The notes: generated by a model not told the origin, from the sequence alone. DNA of 64,000 bases from Bradymonadia bacterium (GCA_046290225.1 JBKAGE010000035.1:288001-352000); one strand, 5' to 3'. Positions 7,905 to 18,869 are shown, counted from the stretch's first letter. Made by a program: numbers and translations.

Positions 7905-10097
7905 TCACCGGTGGTGATGGCTCTCGATCCGCATGGGGTCGCTTAGAATCACGCGCACCAGACCGTGTCGATCTGTGCGCCACTGTTCGATGTTCCGCTG
8001 ACGATAGCGACGCCTCACCGGCCCATGAGGAAACCCATATCGATTGTCCCGGCCGGTGGTGAAGATCACCGCCCGAGGGCTCAGGGCATCGATGAAACCT
8101 GCTGTGCTGCTGGTCTTGCTGCCGTGGTGGCCCGCCTTGAGCACATCCACCGGCTTGATCCCACGAGCGACGAGCCCTGCCTCGGCCTCTGCCTCTACAT
8201 CACCTGTGAGCAGCATGCTGCCGCCAGGGCCATCGAGCCGCACGACCAGCGACGCGTCGTTCTCTGACCAGTACGCCGGGCCTCCGACGGCGAGAAACCG
8301 AACCTGCAGCGCCCCGATTGACTGCGCGTCCACTGGTGGTCGACGTGGCCGTACCCCACGTCTCGCCAACGCTTTGGCCATACGCTGCCCATCTGGCCCT
8401 CGGGGCCAGCGACCATTGTAATAGAACGCCTCGATGGTGATGGCGCGATCCTCGAGCAAGGGCATGAGCCCGTTGAAGTGATCGGGGTGCCCGTGGGAGA
8501 GCGCCACCCAGCGCAGCCGCGTCACCCCCTGACGATGCAGGTGGCTCAAGAGCACCCGACCGGCGGTGTCGGGGCCACCGTCGATGAGGGCAGCCCCCTC
8601 AGGGGTAGAGATCAGCAACGCATCGCCCTGACCTACGGCCAGGCACTCCACCATCAGCGTAGATGATCGATTGCCCAGCCAGAGCACCCCCACGACCAGC
8701 GCAACGACCATCGCCAGACGAGCTCGCTGCAGGCGTATACCCAGAGCCACGATCAAGGGCGCAGTGAGGGGCAGAGCCGCCTGAGCGCCCACCATCACCC
8801 CGCCATCGCCCCATCGGGCCAGAATCAACGCTGCCTCAGAGAGCCACCCACTGCAGTGTGCCGCCCAGAGCAGAGGCTGCTCGGTGAGGGGAAACACCAC
8901 GAGTCCGAAGGCACCCAGAGGCACCACCACGAAGGCGGCGATGGGCACCAACAACAGGTTGGCCAGAGGTGCGATGGGCGTCGCCGAGCCAAAGTGCCAT
9001 GCCTGAATCGGCGCAGTTGAGCACGCCGCCAGCGTGGCCACCGCCAATGCCCCCATGGGCCCCGACCAATGCCTCGGCGCCAGGATCAACGCCACCACCG
9101 CGCCGAAGGACATTTGGAATGCAGGGCCCTGCCAGGCCAGAGGATCGTCGACGAGCACCCAAATCGCCGCGGCGCCAACGAGGTTGAGCGGATCAGCAGG
9201 GCGCCCCATGGCCCTGCCGACGAGAGCCACCGCAGCCATAATGCCCGCGCGGGTGGCGCTCAACGGGTGCTGGGCGAGGGCCACCATGATCCACACCGCC
9301 AGGATCGCCGGGGCCACGGCCCATCGAAAGGGCAACGCTGCGCCCAAGCGCCGGGCCAGCCACGTCACCAGTGCCATCACCGAGAGAGCAAGGCCTCCAA
9401 CATGCAGCCCGCTCACGGCCATCAGGTGCGCCAACCCCGATCGTTGGAACCCCTGCCGTGCGCGATCATCTACGGCGTGTCGATCGCCGAGGAGCAAGCC
9501 CATCAACACCGCGGCCCCTTGTGGCGCCCCGATCGACTTCAGGCGACTTCGAGCAACTTCTCGGGCCCGCAGCGCGAGCCCGGGTGTACCGGGCGTGACC
9601 ACCTGCACGACACCACGGCCCAACCACGCCACCTGATCTCGTGCCAGGTGAGCGCCGTGATCGAACTGCCAAGGGTTGTCCACGGGGGTCGGAGAGCGGA
9701 TCGCGCCCGAAAACCTCACGCGGGCACCGGGGGCCATCTCGGGGTTGCGTGCGTCGAGGATGATCCTGAGTCGCCATGGGCGCACCTGATCGGGGGCGAC
9801 ATCAATGACGTAGCTCGGTCCTCTCGTGTGAAGGGCAACAATCTCACCGACGAGGGGGCTCTCTGGTGGGGGCGGCATCTCACACGACCAGCGCCCCGGG
9901 CCCATGCTCGCCAGTGCCCCAGCGGCGAACCCCAACAACCAGAGCCCCACCACCACCTTGTGCACCATCACCCAGGAAGACCCGAGCGCGAGCAACACCC
10001 CTGATGCCAACGCCCAGGGCCAGAAGCCTGGCTCCATCGCCACAGGTACGGTGCCAACGACGAAGGCGATGGCGATGTGGAGCCAGGGGTGCTGCAC
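7905..10097 (-). CDS. comEC: DNA internalisation competence protein ComEC/Rec2
   Basis: GLAHLMAVSGLHVG, FQMSF, VGQGDA, SHGHPDH (metallo-beta-lactamase fold), ENDASLV, GHHGSKTSS. Confidence 0.95.
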   Translation of the reverse strand: MQHPWLHIAIAFVVGTVPVAMEPGFWPWALASGVLLALGSSWVMVHKVVVGLWLLGFAAGALASMGPGRWSCEMPPPPESPLVGEIVALHTRGPSYVIDVAPDQVRPWRLRIILDARNPEMAPGARVRFSGAIRSPTPVDNPWQFDHGAHLARDQVAWLGRGVVQVVTPGTPGLALRAREVARSRLKSIGAPQGAAVLMGLLLGDRHAVDDRARQGFQRSGLAHLMAVSGLHVGGLALSVMALVTWLARRLGAALPFRWAVAPAILAVWIMVALAQHPLSATRAGIMAAVALVGRAMGRPADPLNLVGAAAIWVLVDDPLAWQGPAFQMSFGAVVALILAPRHWSGPMGALAVATLAACSTAPIQAWHFGSATPIAPLANLLLVPIAAFVVVPLGAFGLVVFPLTEQPLLWAAHCSGWLSEAALILARWGDGGVMVGAQAALPLTAPLIVALGIRLQRARLAMVVALVVGVLWLGNRSSTLMVECLAVGQGDALLISTPEGAALIDGGPDTAGRVLLSHLHRQGVTRLRWVALSHGHPDHFNGLMPLLEDRAITIEAFYYNGRWPRGPDGQRMAKALARRGVRPRRPPVDAQSIGALQVRFLAVGGPAYWSENDASLVVRLDGPGGSMLLTGDVEAEAEAGLVARGIKPVDVLKAGHHGSKTSSTAGFIDALSPRAVIFTTGRDNRYGFPHGPVRRRYRQRNIEQWRTDRHGLVRVILSDPMRIESHHHR

Positions 10098-10170
10098 GAC
10101 GGCCTCGGGAGGGGTTTACCCGAGATGTGTCGTCGTGGGCTGATGTGCCGCGCTTTTCAGTGAGCTGCCG

Positions 10171-11547
10171 CTATCGCCGGGGCTCTTCGGTCATGAACTC
10201 GGCATAGAGGCCGTTGCCGATTTTGCGTTGGAACGTCACCGCGCCCAAAGCGTTCACCAGCACCGAGACTACGATCAGAGCCTTGAAGGTCCGGGTGAGG
10301 GGGCGACCGCCGAGGGCCAGACAGACCAGCAGGTAGGGCAGGAAGTCGAGGGCGAAGCGGTAGCTGAACTGGATCCAGCCTGTGTTCTGGTACAGCAGCA
10401 AAGGCACCAGGATGACCACGGCGGTGATCCCCGCCACCTGCGCCAGCGGATGACGCCGCTGAGGCCAGAGCACGTAGACGATGGCGGGCATGCTCACCCA
10501 GAGCGCCATACCGTGCTTGCTGAGCTGCACATAAGGCGCGTGATCGGTGAACTTGGGCATCAGGGTGAAGGCCGCGGTGAGGTTCCGGTTGATGAACTCG
10601 GGGTGGAACAGGCCGAAATCTCTGATGCGGGCGAGGTGGCCCCCGGCGAGGTAGGTGTGGCCGAACTCGAGGGGGTTTTCGAAGCGGGCGTAGTTGTAGG
10701 CCATCAAGGCCACCCCCACCACGAGGCACGGGGCGCTGAAGAGCGCAAAGTCACGGATGATCGAACGCCGATCAGCATCTTGCTTCGACCACCGCTGCCA
10801 CAGCTGCAGATAGAAGAAGACCGCGCCGAAGACCAGAGAGGCCCGGGTGGCGAAGCCGCAGGCGAGGGCGATGCCTGCGAGGAGCGGCTTGCGGGCGTCG
10901 ATGGCCCACCAGATGTAGAGCAGGTTGAAGGTGACCCCCACCACGAGGGCGGTGAACCACACCTTGCCCATGACCCCACACCACAAGTGGGCGCTGCCGA
11001 AGGTGAGCAGCGCTGCGAGCCAGATGTGATCTGAGTCGCTGCGATCGCTGTGACCCCTGTGCCTGAGCTGTCGCAGCACCAGCCATGCCAGGACGAAGTT
11101 CAGGGCGGCGAAGATCACTGTGAAGATCACGTCGTTGGTGCCATATCCGATGGCGGCCACCGAAGGCAGCATCAAGATCGCAGGCATGGGCGGGAACGAG
11201 ACGAAGTGCTTCGTCTCGGCGGCGCCTCGATCTGCCCGTGGGATCTCGATGTGGTCTCCGGCGAGGGTGCGGAACTCGTTGCCCTTGCCCTTGCGGCGAG
11301 TGAAGAAGCCCTTCACCTCGCTGCCGTACTTCTCCGCCGACGCCCCTTTGAGCTGTTGTACTTTGTAGCTCGCCCAATCGTTTCCGTGCGGTGGCTTGCG
11401 CTGTAGCTCGGTGCTGCCATTGAGGAAGGCGTCGGCGAGATAGACGAAGTGATTGTCCTGACTGTGGATCCGCAGACGCACGTTGGCGAAGGCGCAGAAG
11501 ACGCCGAGGGCCACCAGGAACAAGATCAAAGGGGTTCGCCTGCTCAT
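10171..11547 (-). CDS. Polytopic membrane protein, GT-C glycosyltransferase-like
   Basis: Many TM segments; FPPMPAILMLP, YNYARFENPLEFG, GWIQFSYRF; function is inferred. Confidence 0.65.
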   Translation of the reverse strand: MSRRTPLILFLVALGVFCAFANVRLRIHSQDNHFVYLADAFLNGSTELQRKPPHGNDWASYKVQQLKGASAEKYGSEVKGFFTRRKGKGNEFRTLAGDHIEIPRADRGAAETKHFVSFPPMPAILMLPSVAAIGYGTNDVIFTVIFAALNFVLAWLVLRQLRHRGHSDRSDSDHIWLAALLTFGSAHLWCGVMGKVWFTALVVGVTFNLLYIWWAIDARKPLLAGIALACGFATRASLVFGAVFFYLQLWQRWSKQDADRRSIIRDFALFSAPCLVVGVALMAYNYARFENPLEFGHTYLAGGHLARIRDFGLFHPEFINRNLTAAFTLMPKFTDHAPYVQLSKHGMALWVSMPAIVYVLWPQRRHPLAQVAGITAVVILVPLLLYQNTGWIQFSYRFALDFLPYLLVCLALGGRPLTRTFKALIVVSVLVNALGAVTFQRKIGNGLYAEFMTEEPRR

Positions 11548-11616
11548 CGAGGCGGCAGGTAACACGTTCCCTCACTTTTGCACAACTGCCCAGAGGGTGA
11601 GATACACTGAACCATC

Positions 11617-14600
11617 ATGGGTGAGCACGGGTTTACACTGGGTCGATTCGAGCTGAGCCACTTACTCGGTAAGGGGGCCATGGGATCTGTGTGGGGTGGG
11701 GTCCACATGGGCACCGGGCGGCCCGTGGCGGTGAAGGTCCTCCACGACAGCGCGCTGCGGGACCAACAGCGCATCAGCGCCTTCAAGCACGAGATCCAGG
11801 CCGTCAGCGCCGTGGATCACCCCGCCATCATCCAGGTCTTCGATCATGGCATCATCAGCAAGATGGCTGCCGCCGACAGCGAGGGTCGCCTCACCGCCGG
11901 CAGCCCCTACCTCGCCATGGAGCAGGCGGCGGGCGGGCCCCTTTCCAGCCATTGCGGGCTGCTGAACTGGGCCGAAGTTCAAGGGGTCCTACTGTGGCTG
12001 CTCGATGCACTCTCTCATGCCCACGCCCGGGGCATCATCCATCGCGATCTCAAGCCCTCCAACGTCTTGCTCACACAGGAAGCCCCGGCCATCAGGCTCA
12101 CGGACTTCGGCCTCGCCCGAGCGGTGGCGGAGGTGGACGCCGGGGTGGCTGCAGTGGCCGGTACGCCGGGTTATATGGCCCCGGAGCAGGTCACGGGCCG
12201 ATGGCGAGATCAGGGCCCGTGGACCGATCTCTACGCCCTCGGCGCCCTGGCCTACCACCTCGCCTCCGGACAGCGACCCTTCAAGGGGGCCAACCCCCGG
12301 GACACGATGCGACTGCAGCTCGTGGTGCCGCCGCCCCCCTTCGAGCCCTGCTGCCCGGTGCCCGACGGCTTCGCAGAGTGGATCACCCGGCTGATGTCAC
12401 GATCTCCACAGGATCGATTCCTGCGGGCCGCCGATGCCGCGTGGGCCCTGTGGCGGCTCGATCCCGTAGCGGGTCACCGGCTCGACACCGTGTGCATCGC
12501 CGGGCAGTACGCCGGCCGGCCGCCGACGCTCTACTGGTGGGCCCCCCAGGTAGAAGACGACGACGACATCACCGGGCGTATCACCCCACATCACGAGCAC
12601 ACGCTCAACGACATCCCTGGCCTGGGCACCCTCGAGATCTCTGCCCTCATGAGCCTCGACGGCGAAGAGCGGCCGCCCTTCCCCCTCGACTGGCGCGCCG
12701 TGGGCACCGGCGGTGATCTGCGCTCGATGAACGAGCTCGGGCCGGGCTTCCAGGCGCTGCGCACCGCGCCCATGGTGGGGCGAGTCGAAGAGCGAGATCG
12801 CCTCTGGGGTCTTCTGCAGCAGGCCGTGGAGCGCGAGGAAGCCCAGGTGGCCATCATCGAGGGGCTCTCCGGTGTGGGCATCAGCCGCCTGGCGCGGTGG
12901 CTCTGCGAGCTGGCCCACGAAGCCGGCGTGGCCACAGTGCTCCAGGCCTTCCACGGCCCCGAGCGTGGCCCCGGTGACGGCCTCGGGCCCATGCTGGTGC
13001 GGCACTTGAAGACCAGCAACCTCACCTCGGTGGCGCTGCTCGACCGTGTGCTCAGCGCCTTGAGCGACCTCGGGGTGACTGATCCCGTGGAAGGGCAGGC
13101 CCTCGCCGACGCCCTGGAACCATCGACCAGCCTCACCGCTGATCCGACGCTGCCGGGCTCCATGCTCGATCTCGACCAGCCACACAGCCAGAGCGATCCG
13201 ATCTTGAAGTATCTGCTGCGGCTCAGCCAGGCCCGGCCGGTGATCCTCTGGCTCGACGATGTGCACTGGAGCCTCGACGGCCTGCATCAAGTGGCGGAGA
13301 TTTTGCGGATCTCCGGCTCGGAGCCCATGGCCATGATGGTGGTGCTCACCCTGCGCACCGATGGCATGCCCGAAGAGGGCCCGGAGCAGAGCCACCTCGC
13401 CGAGATCGCCGCCCACGCCCGCTCGACCCGTCTGACCCTGGGCCCCCTCGCCGAGTCGGAGCTCAGCGCGCTGCTCATGCTGCACATGGGGATCGCCCCC
13501 AGGCTGGCGCAGCGCGTCACCGAGCAAACCCAGGGCAGTCCGAACTTCGCCATCCAGCTCATCAGCAACTGGATCGAGCGTGGGCTGTTGGTGGAGACCC
13601 TGCAGGGGTTCGACCTCGCCCCCGGTGTCAACGCCGAGCTCCCCGATGACGTGCACGCTCTCTGGATCCAACGCCTCGACCACCTGCTCGACGATCCGGC
13701 GACCGGTCAGGCCTTCGAGATCGCCGCGACCCTGGGCCTGCACGTCGATCCCGAGGAGTGGTCCACCGCCTGCGCTCATGCGGGGCTCCCGGCCAGCCTC
13801 GCCGCCCTGCACCGCCTCATCACCCACCACCTCGTGGCCCGAAACCCCGGGGGACCCAGCGCGCGGTGGTCCTTCATTCACGGCGCTATGCGAGAGAGCT
13901 TGTTGAGGCGAGCGCGAGACACCGGGCGAGCCACAGCCCACCACATCGCCTGCGCCGCAGCCCTGCAGCGCAGGCTGGGCCCCGAGACCGCAGAGCGCCT
14001 CGGGCGACACCTGCACGCTGGTGGGCGGCCTCAAGACGCCATCAAGCCGTTGCTCCGTGGGGCCCGCATCGGCATCACCCGTGGCCTGTACACCGACGCC
14101 ATCAGGCTGCTCGACCTGAGGGAAGACGCTCTCAAGAAGCTCCAGGCCACCGGCGCGGACGCGCGATGGGGCGAGGGCTGGCTGGTGCGCGCAGAAGCGC
14201 TCTCGCGCTCGGGTTACGAGCAGGCAGCAGAAGGGTGGGCCCGCCTCGCCATCGAGCACGCCCGCCTGCACCAGTGGTCCGATCTCTACCCCAGCGCGTT
14301 GGAGCTGAGCGGCCGGCTGGCCCTCAACCGCAGCGAGCTCGATCTCGCCCGCGAGCTCTTCGAGTCGGCCATGCAATATGCCGAGCACATCAATGACGAT
14401 CAGGGTGTGGGCATCTGTCAGCTGGGCATCGCCCGCGTGTGTCGACACCAGGGACACCTCGATGAGGTCTTCACCTTCGCCGAGCAGGCAGGGGCCCGGT
14501 TTGCCCAGACCGGAGACATCGAAAAAGAGGCCCGCACCCTCTTCATCCTCGGCGAGACAGCGCTCCACCGCGGTGATCTCGAGGGGGCCATCGCCGACGC

Positions 14601-15156
14601 GACCCGAGCTCTGGAGCGCTACACCGAGGTCGGTTATGGCCCCGGCATCGCCCGCAGCGAGGGGCTCCTGGCCCACGTAGCCCTCGCCCGGGGCGATCTG
14701 TCCGTCGCCGAGCACACCTACCGCACGGCCATGAGCACCTTGGAGCACCTGGGCCGATCACCGAGCCCCAGGCTGTCTCTCGGCCTCGCTCAGGTCCTCA
14801 CCCTCAAAGGCCAGGGCATCCTCGCGCGATCGATGCTCCGACCACTGAGAGACACCCTGGAGCAGACCGGCCGTACGCTCTTGAAGCTGCGGGCGGAGGC
14901 CCTGTGGTTGCTGACGACTGATCCCACCCTCAGAGATCATACCTGGCCCGATCAGATCGAAGCGCTGCTTGAGAAATGCCGCAGGTTCGACGGCGCTGAT
15001 GCTGATCTGGCCTGGATGCTCGAACACATCGCCAGCGATGTGCACGGCCTCTGGCCGGACCGGGCCCGCGACATCGCCACCGAAGCGGCGAGTCTGTGGC
15101 AACGCCTGGGCCGCGCGGCCGACCTCCGCCGCATCACCGAGGCATATCTCACCTGA
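11617..15156 (+). CDS. Ser/Thr kinase fused to a P-loop (STAND/AAA-like) domain and C-terminal TPR-like repeats
   Basis: GKGAMG, VAVK, HRDLKPSN, DFG, YMAPE; MVGRVEE, GLSGVGISRL, LWLDDVHW, GSPNF; helical repeats. Confidence 0.9.
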   Translation: MGEHGFTLGRFELSHLLGKGAMGSVWGGVHMGTGRPVAVKVLHDSALRDQQRISAFKHEIQAVSAVDHPAIIQVFDHGIISKMAAADSEGRLTAGSPYLAMEQAAGGPLSSHCGLLNWAEVQGVLLWLLDALSHAHARGIIHRDLKPSNVLLTQEAPAIRLTDFGLARAVAEVDAGVAAVAGTPGYMAPEQVTGRWRDQGPWTDLYALGALAYHLASGQRPFKGANPRDTMRLQLVVPPPPFEPCCPVPDGFAEWITRLMSRSPQDRFLRAADAAWALWRLDPVAGHRLDTVCIAGQYAGRPPTLYWWAPQVEDDDDITGRITPHHEHTLNDIPGLGTLEISALMSLDGEERPPFPLDWRAVGTGGDLRSMNELGPGFQALRTAPMVGRVEERDRLWGLLQQAVEREEAQVAIIEGLSGVGISRLARWLCELAHEAGVATVLQAFHGPERGPGDGLGPMLVRHLKTSNLTSVALLDRVLSALSDLGVTDPVEGQALADALEPSTSLTADPTLPGSMLDLDQPHSQSDPILKYLLRLSQARPVILWLDDVHWSLDGLHQVAEILRISGSEPMAMMVVLTLRTDGMPEEGPEQSHLAEIAAHARSTRLTLGPLAESELSALLMLHMGIAPRLAQRVTEQTQGSPNFAIQLISNWIERGLLVETLQGFDLAPGVNAELPDDVHALWIQRLDHLLDDPATGQAFEIAATLGLHVDPEEWSTACAHAGLPASLAALHRLITHHLVARNPGGPSARWSFIHGAMRESLLRRARDTGRATAHHIACAAALQRRLGPETAERLGRHLHAGGRPQDAIKPLLRGARIGITRGLYTDAIRLLDLREDALKKLQATGADARWGEGWLVRAEALSRSGYEQAAEGWARLAIEHARLHQWSDLYPSALELSGRLALNRSELDLARELFESAMQYAEHINDDQGVGICQLGIARVCRHQGHLDEVFTFAEQAGARFAQTGDIEKEARTLFILGETALHRGDLEGAIADATRALERYTEVGYGPGIARSEGLLAHVALARGDLSVAEHTYRTAMSTLEHLGRSPSPRLSLGLAQVLTLKGQGILARSMLRPLRDTLEQTGRTLLKLRAEALWLLTTDPTLRDHTWPDQIEALLEKCRRFDGADADLAWMLEHIASDVHGLWPDRARDIATEAASLWQRLGRAADLRRITEAYLT

Positions 15157-15372
15157 GGAGCGGGTTGTTCATGGACAGGGGTGGCCTCAGGCCTTACATC
15201 TCCCCCTATCACATGATATCATCCGACACCGTCTCACTTGATCCACTGACGAGGGGGACCTACCCTTCGTAAAGGTCCATACATCTGAACACCATGTCTC
15301 ACGCGCCCCACATGTGCCTCCACCTGACCAGCTTCCCCGAGCTCTGGTCCTCCGATCTCATCGGGTCGAGAC

Positions 15373-17604
15373 ATGATTGAGGGCCTCATTTGGGCAGCCC
15401 CTGCCCTCGTCGCCGGGGCCATCGGTGGCGCGCTCATCGCTCGACGTGGTCGAGGATCCAGCGCCGCGTCGATCCCTACGGGTACAGCGCCTGGTGACGA
15501 GAACGCTCACCTGCCCAGTTTTGGTGAGAGCACGTCGTCAGTGATCTTCACCCTCGCCGTCGATGCCAGCGGCAAGGTGTTGTCGGTGGACGATCGAGGC
15601 GTCAAAGGCAGCCAGCTCGATTTGATCGAAGGCCAACGTCTGGTGGGTTGGCCCGTCACCGAGATCAAAGGCGCCACAGGTCAGCTGCTCCAACCCATCA
15701 CTGAGGTGTTGTCCAGCGGCCAGACTGTTCGAAGGGTCTTCGCCGGGCGCCAGCTCTACGAGATCTTCTACGGGCCCATCCGAGACGCCCGCGGGCACGT
15801 CACCGGGGCTGTGGCCATGGTGGCCGACATCAGCCCTCACTTGCATCAGCTCGAAGACGTACGGCAGCGTGAAGAGCGCCTGGTCCTCGCCGCCCAGGGG
15901 GCCATCGACGGCCTCTGGCACTGGGATCTCGAGCACAACACCCTCTTCGTCACCCCCCGGTGGCAGGCCATGGTGGGCGCCGCTGGCCAGCCCTTCAGCG
16001 CTGATCCCGAAGAGTGGTTCGGGCGCATCAAATCTGAAGACGCCAAGCGCGTGCGCGCCCGCTTGCAAAGCCACCTCGACGGGCACACGCCGCACTTCGA
16101 GAGCGAGTACCGTATTCTGCACGCCGACGGCAGCGATCGCTGGATGTTGAGCCGTGGGCTCGCGGTCCGAGATGCTCAGGGCAAAGCGGTGCGCATCGCT
16201 GGATCTCAGACCGACATCACCGAGCGCAAGCTCGTGGAGAGCCAGCTGCTCCACGACGCGCTCCACGATGATCTCACCGGCCTGCCCAACCGCGCCCTCT
16301 TCATGGAGCGTCTCGCCAAGACGATCAAGAAGGCCCGCCGCGACGCCCAACATCGATATGCGGTGCTGTTCCTCGACCTCGACCAGTTCAAGATGGTGAA
16401 CGACAGCCTCGGCCACGTGGTGGGCGATCAGCTGCTCGTCGCCGTAGCTCGACGCCTTGAGGTCTTTGTGCGCCCCGGCGACACCGTGGCCCGACTCGGC
16501 GGTGACGAGTTCATCGTGCTGCTCGAAGATCTCGCCGAGATGAACGACGCCATGATGATCGCCGATCGCATCCAGCAAGAGCTCAGCTTGCCCTTTGCGC
16601 TCAACGGCAACGAGGTCTTCACCACCGCCAGCATCGGCATCGCCGTGAGCGCCGCCGACTACGAGCGCCCTGGCGACGTGATCCGCGATGCCGACACGGC
16701 GATGTACCGCGCCAAGGCCCAGGGCCGCGCCCGTCACGAGATCTTCCACCGCAAGATGCACCATCAAGCGGTGAAGCTGCTGCGCCTCGAGACCGATCTG
16801 CGCCGCGCCGTCGATCGCAACGAGTTCGAGGTCTACTACCAGCCCATCATCACCCTTTCGAACGATCGCATCGCCGGCTTCGAGGCTCTGATTCGCTGGC
16901 AGCACCCCGAGCGGGGCTTCGTGAGCCCGGAAGAGTTCATCCCTGTCGCTGAAGAGACCGGGCTCATCATCCCCATCGGTCGTTGGGTCATGCGGGAAGC
17001 CTGTCGCCAGATCAGCCAGTGGCGCACCGAATTCCCGGGCATGCCCCGCCTCTCGGTGACGGTGAACCTCTCCGCCACTCAGCTCAGCCAGCCCGATCTC
17101 ATCGATCAAGTGGCCCGCATCATCACCGAGACCCGGGTCGACGCCCGCTCACTGCGCCTCGAGATCACCGAGAGCGTGGTCATGGAAGACGTCGAGTCGA
17201 TCATCGACGTGTTGCTCAAGCTCAAGAATCTCAATGTGCAGATCCTCATGGACGACTTCGGTACGGGTTACTCGTCGCTGTCGTACCTGCACCGGTTCCC
17301 CATCGACATGCTCAAGATCGACCGCTCTTTCGTGAGCCGTATGGACGGCAGCGGCGAGAACTCGGAGATCGTGAGCACCATCGTGATGCTGGCCCGCAAC
17401 CTCGATCTGGGGGTGGTGGCAGAGGGTGTCGAGACCCAGGCTCAAAAAGCCCGTCTCAAGTCGATCCACTGTGATTATGGCCAGGGTTACCTCTTCAGCC
17501 GGCCTGTCGACGTCAAAGGCGCCACCCGATTGCTGGTGGCCAACCAGGCGCAACGCGGCACCGGGCACACGAGCACCCTCGACAGCATCGACAGCCAGGG
17601 CTGA
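15373..17604 (+). CDS. Membrane-anchored PAS-GGDEF-EAL c-di-GMP enzyme
   Basis: N-terminal TM, PAS/PAC (DGLWHWD...EYRILHADG), GGDEF, FEALIRW, DDFGTGYSSL. Confidence 0.95.
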   Translation: MIEGLIWAAPALVAGAIGGALIARRGRGSSAASIPTGTAPGDENAHLPSFGESTSSVIFTLAVDASGKVLSVDDRGVKGSQLDLIEGQRLVGWPVTEIKGATGQLLQPITEVLSSGQTVRRVFAGRQLYEIFYGPIRDARGHVTGAVAMVADISPHLHQLEDVRQREERLVLAAQGAIDGLWHWDLEHNTLFVTPRWQAMVGAAGQPFSADPEEWFGRIKSEDAKRVRARLQSHLDGHTPHFESEYRILHADGSDRWMLSRGLAVRDAQGKAVRIAGSQTDITERKLVESQLLHDALHDDLTGLPNRALFMERLAKTIKKARRDAQHRYAVLFLDLDQFKMVNDSLGHVVGDQLLVAVARRLEVFVRPGDTVARLGGDEFIVLLEDLAEMNDAMMIADRIQQELSLPFALNGNEVFTTASIGIAVSAADYERPGDVIRDADTAMYRAKAQGRARHEIFHRKMHHQAVKLLRLETDLRRAVDRNEFEVYYQPIITLSNDRIAGFEALIRWQHPERGFVSPEEFIPVAEETGLIIPIGRWVMREACRQISQWRTEFPGMPRLSVTVNLSATQLSQPDLIDQVARIITETRVDARSLRLEITESVVMEDVESIIDVLLKLKNLNVQILMDDFGTGYSSLSYLHRFPIDMLKIDRSFVSRMDGSGENSEIVSTIVMLARNLDLGVVAEGVETQAQKARLKSIHCDYGQGYLFSRPVDVKGATRLLVANQAQRGTGHTSTLDSIDSQG

Positions 17605-17627
17605 CTCAGCGCTTTTTCAGGTGTCGC

Positions 17628-18635
17628 TCAGGGCTTCTCGGTGCCAGGGGCTGTTCGGCGGCGGAGCGTCTCCAAGATCAGGCCAGTGCGCAGCGCAGCG
17701 GAGGACACCGTCCAGCCGTCGAGATCCATCATGCGGGTGAGGGTCTCGAAGATGAGAGCACCACTGAGCATCACGTCGACGCGGGTGGGATCCATCCCCG
17801 GGAGGGCAAGGCGCTCGGCCCGGGTCGGCGCCGCAGCAAGGGCGTCGACCACGGCGTCGAGGGCCTCTCGAGGCAGCCAGACGCTGTTCTGGTTGCCCGC
17901 GGATTCGGGGAGCGCCCCGATGCCATGGGCGAGCTTGACCACCCGCTTGATGGTGCCCGAGGTGGCCACGGCATGCTCGAAGCCGTGATCTCGGGCACCC
18001 CGCACGTGGTGCCACAGGGTGTGACGCAGGTTGCGGCGGGCCAGCCTAATCTGCTCGAAGGTGACGGGATCAGACCCAAAGAAGCGCTTGGAGATGACCG
18101 CAGAGCCCACACGGGCGCTGGTGGCCCGCTCGGCGCGGCCCCCGAGGCCCACGAGCAGCTCGGTCGATCCGCCGCCGACGTCGACACAGAGCACCTGACG
18201 CGCCGACAGATGAGGCAAGCCATACATGACCCCGCTGTAAGTCAGACGGGCTTCTTGTTTGCCAGAGATGACATCGACCTCGATGCCCGCCTCTCGGGCC
18301 ACCCTGCTGAGCAGCTCCTTGCGGTTGCGGGCGGCGCGCACAGCGGCAGTGGCCGTCGCCCGAACCTCGGCCTGATGCTTGGTGGCCACGTCGCGGAACT
18401 TCTTCAAGGTCTCGACGGTGCGCTCGATGCCATCAGCAGACATCGTTTTGTCAGGGCGGATGGTGTCGGCGAGGCGCGCAGGGTACTTGTGCTTCTCGAG
18501 GACCTCGATCTCACCACGCTCGTCTACGCGAGCGAGGGTGAGATGGATCGAGTTCGAGCCAATGTCCACCGCAGCGATCGGACGCAGATGTCTCCGATCG
18601 TGAGCGTGCAGTTGCGTGCCGGCATTCATTGTCAT
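17628..18635 (-). CDS. ppx: Ppx/GppA family exopolyphosphatase
   Basis: AAVDIGSNS, ATAAVRAARN, ISGKQEARL, DVGGGSTE, ALRTG. Confidence 0.92.
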   Translation of the reverse strand: MTMNAGTQLHAHDRRHLRPIAAVDIGSNSIHLTLARVDERGEIEVLEKHKYPARLADTIRPDKTMSADGIERTVETLKKFRDVATKHQAEVRATATAAVRAARNRKELLSRVAREAGIEVDVISGKQEARLTYSGVMYGLPHLSARQVLCVDVGGGSTELLVGLGGRAERATSARVGSAVISKRFFGSDPVTFEQIRLARRNLRHTLWHHVRGARDHGFEHAVATSGTIKRVVKLAHGIGALPESAGNQNSVWLPREALDAVVDALAAAPTRAERLALPGMDPTRVDVMLSGALIFETLTRMMDLDGWTVSSAALRTGLILETLRRRTAPGTEKP

Positions 18636-18869
18636 ACCTCTCCCCTCAAGCGACCTTCAGTGATGCACCCATGCAGTTTCATGGGTGTGCACTGATGGCT
18701 GAGAGCACCGGCAAGCATAGACACCTTTGATGTCGCCGTCGATGGGTCTGTGGATACCCTGTGGAAAAACTCAGTGGTGACAATGTCCGCAACAGTGACG
18801 ACCCATGGGTGGGTGTGTGTCGACCTGTGCAATGACATGAACCGCGGGCCGTGCGTACAGCCAGAATGG

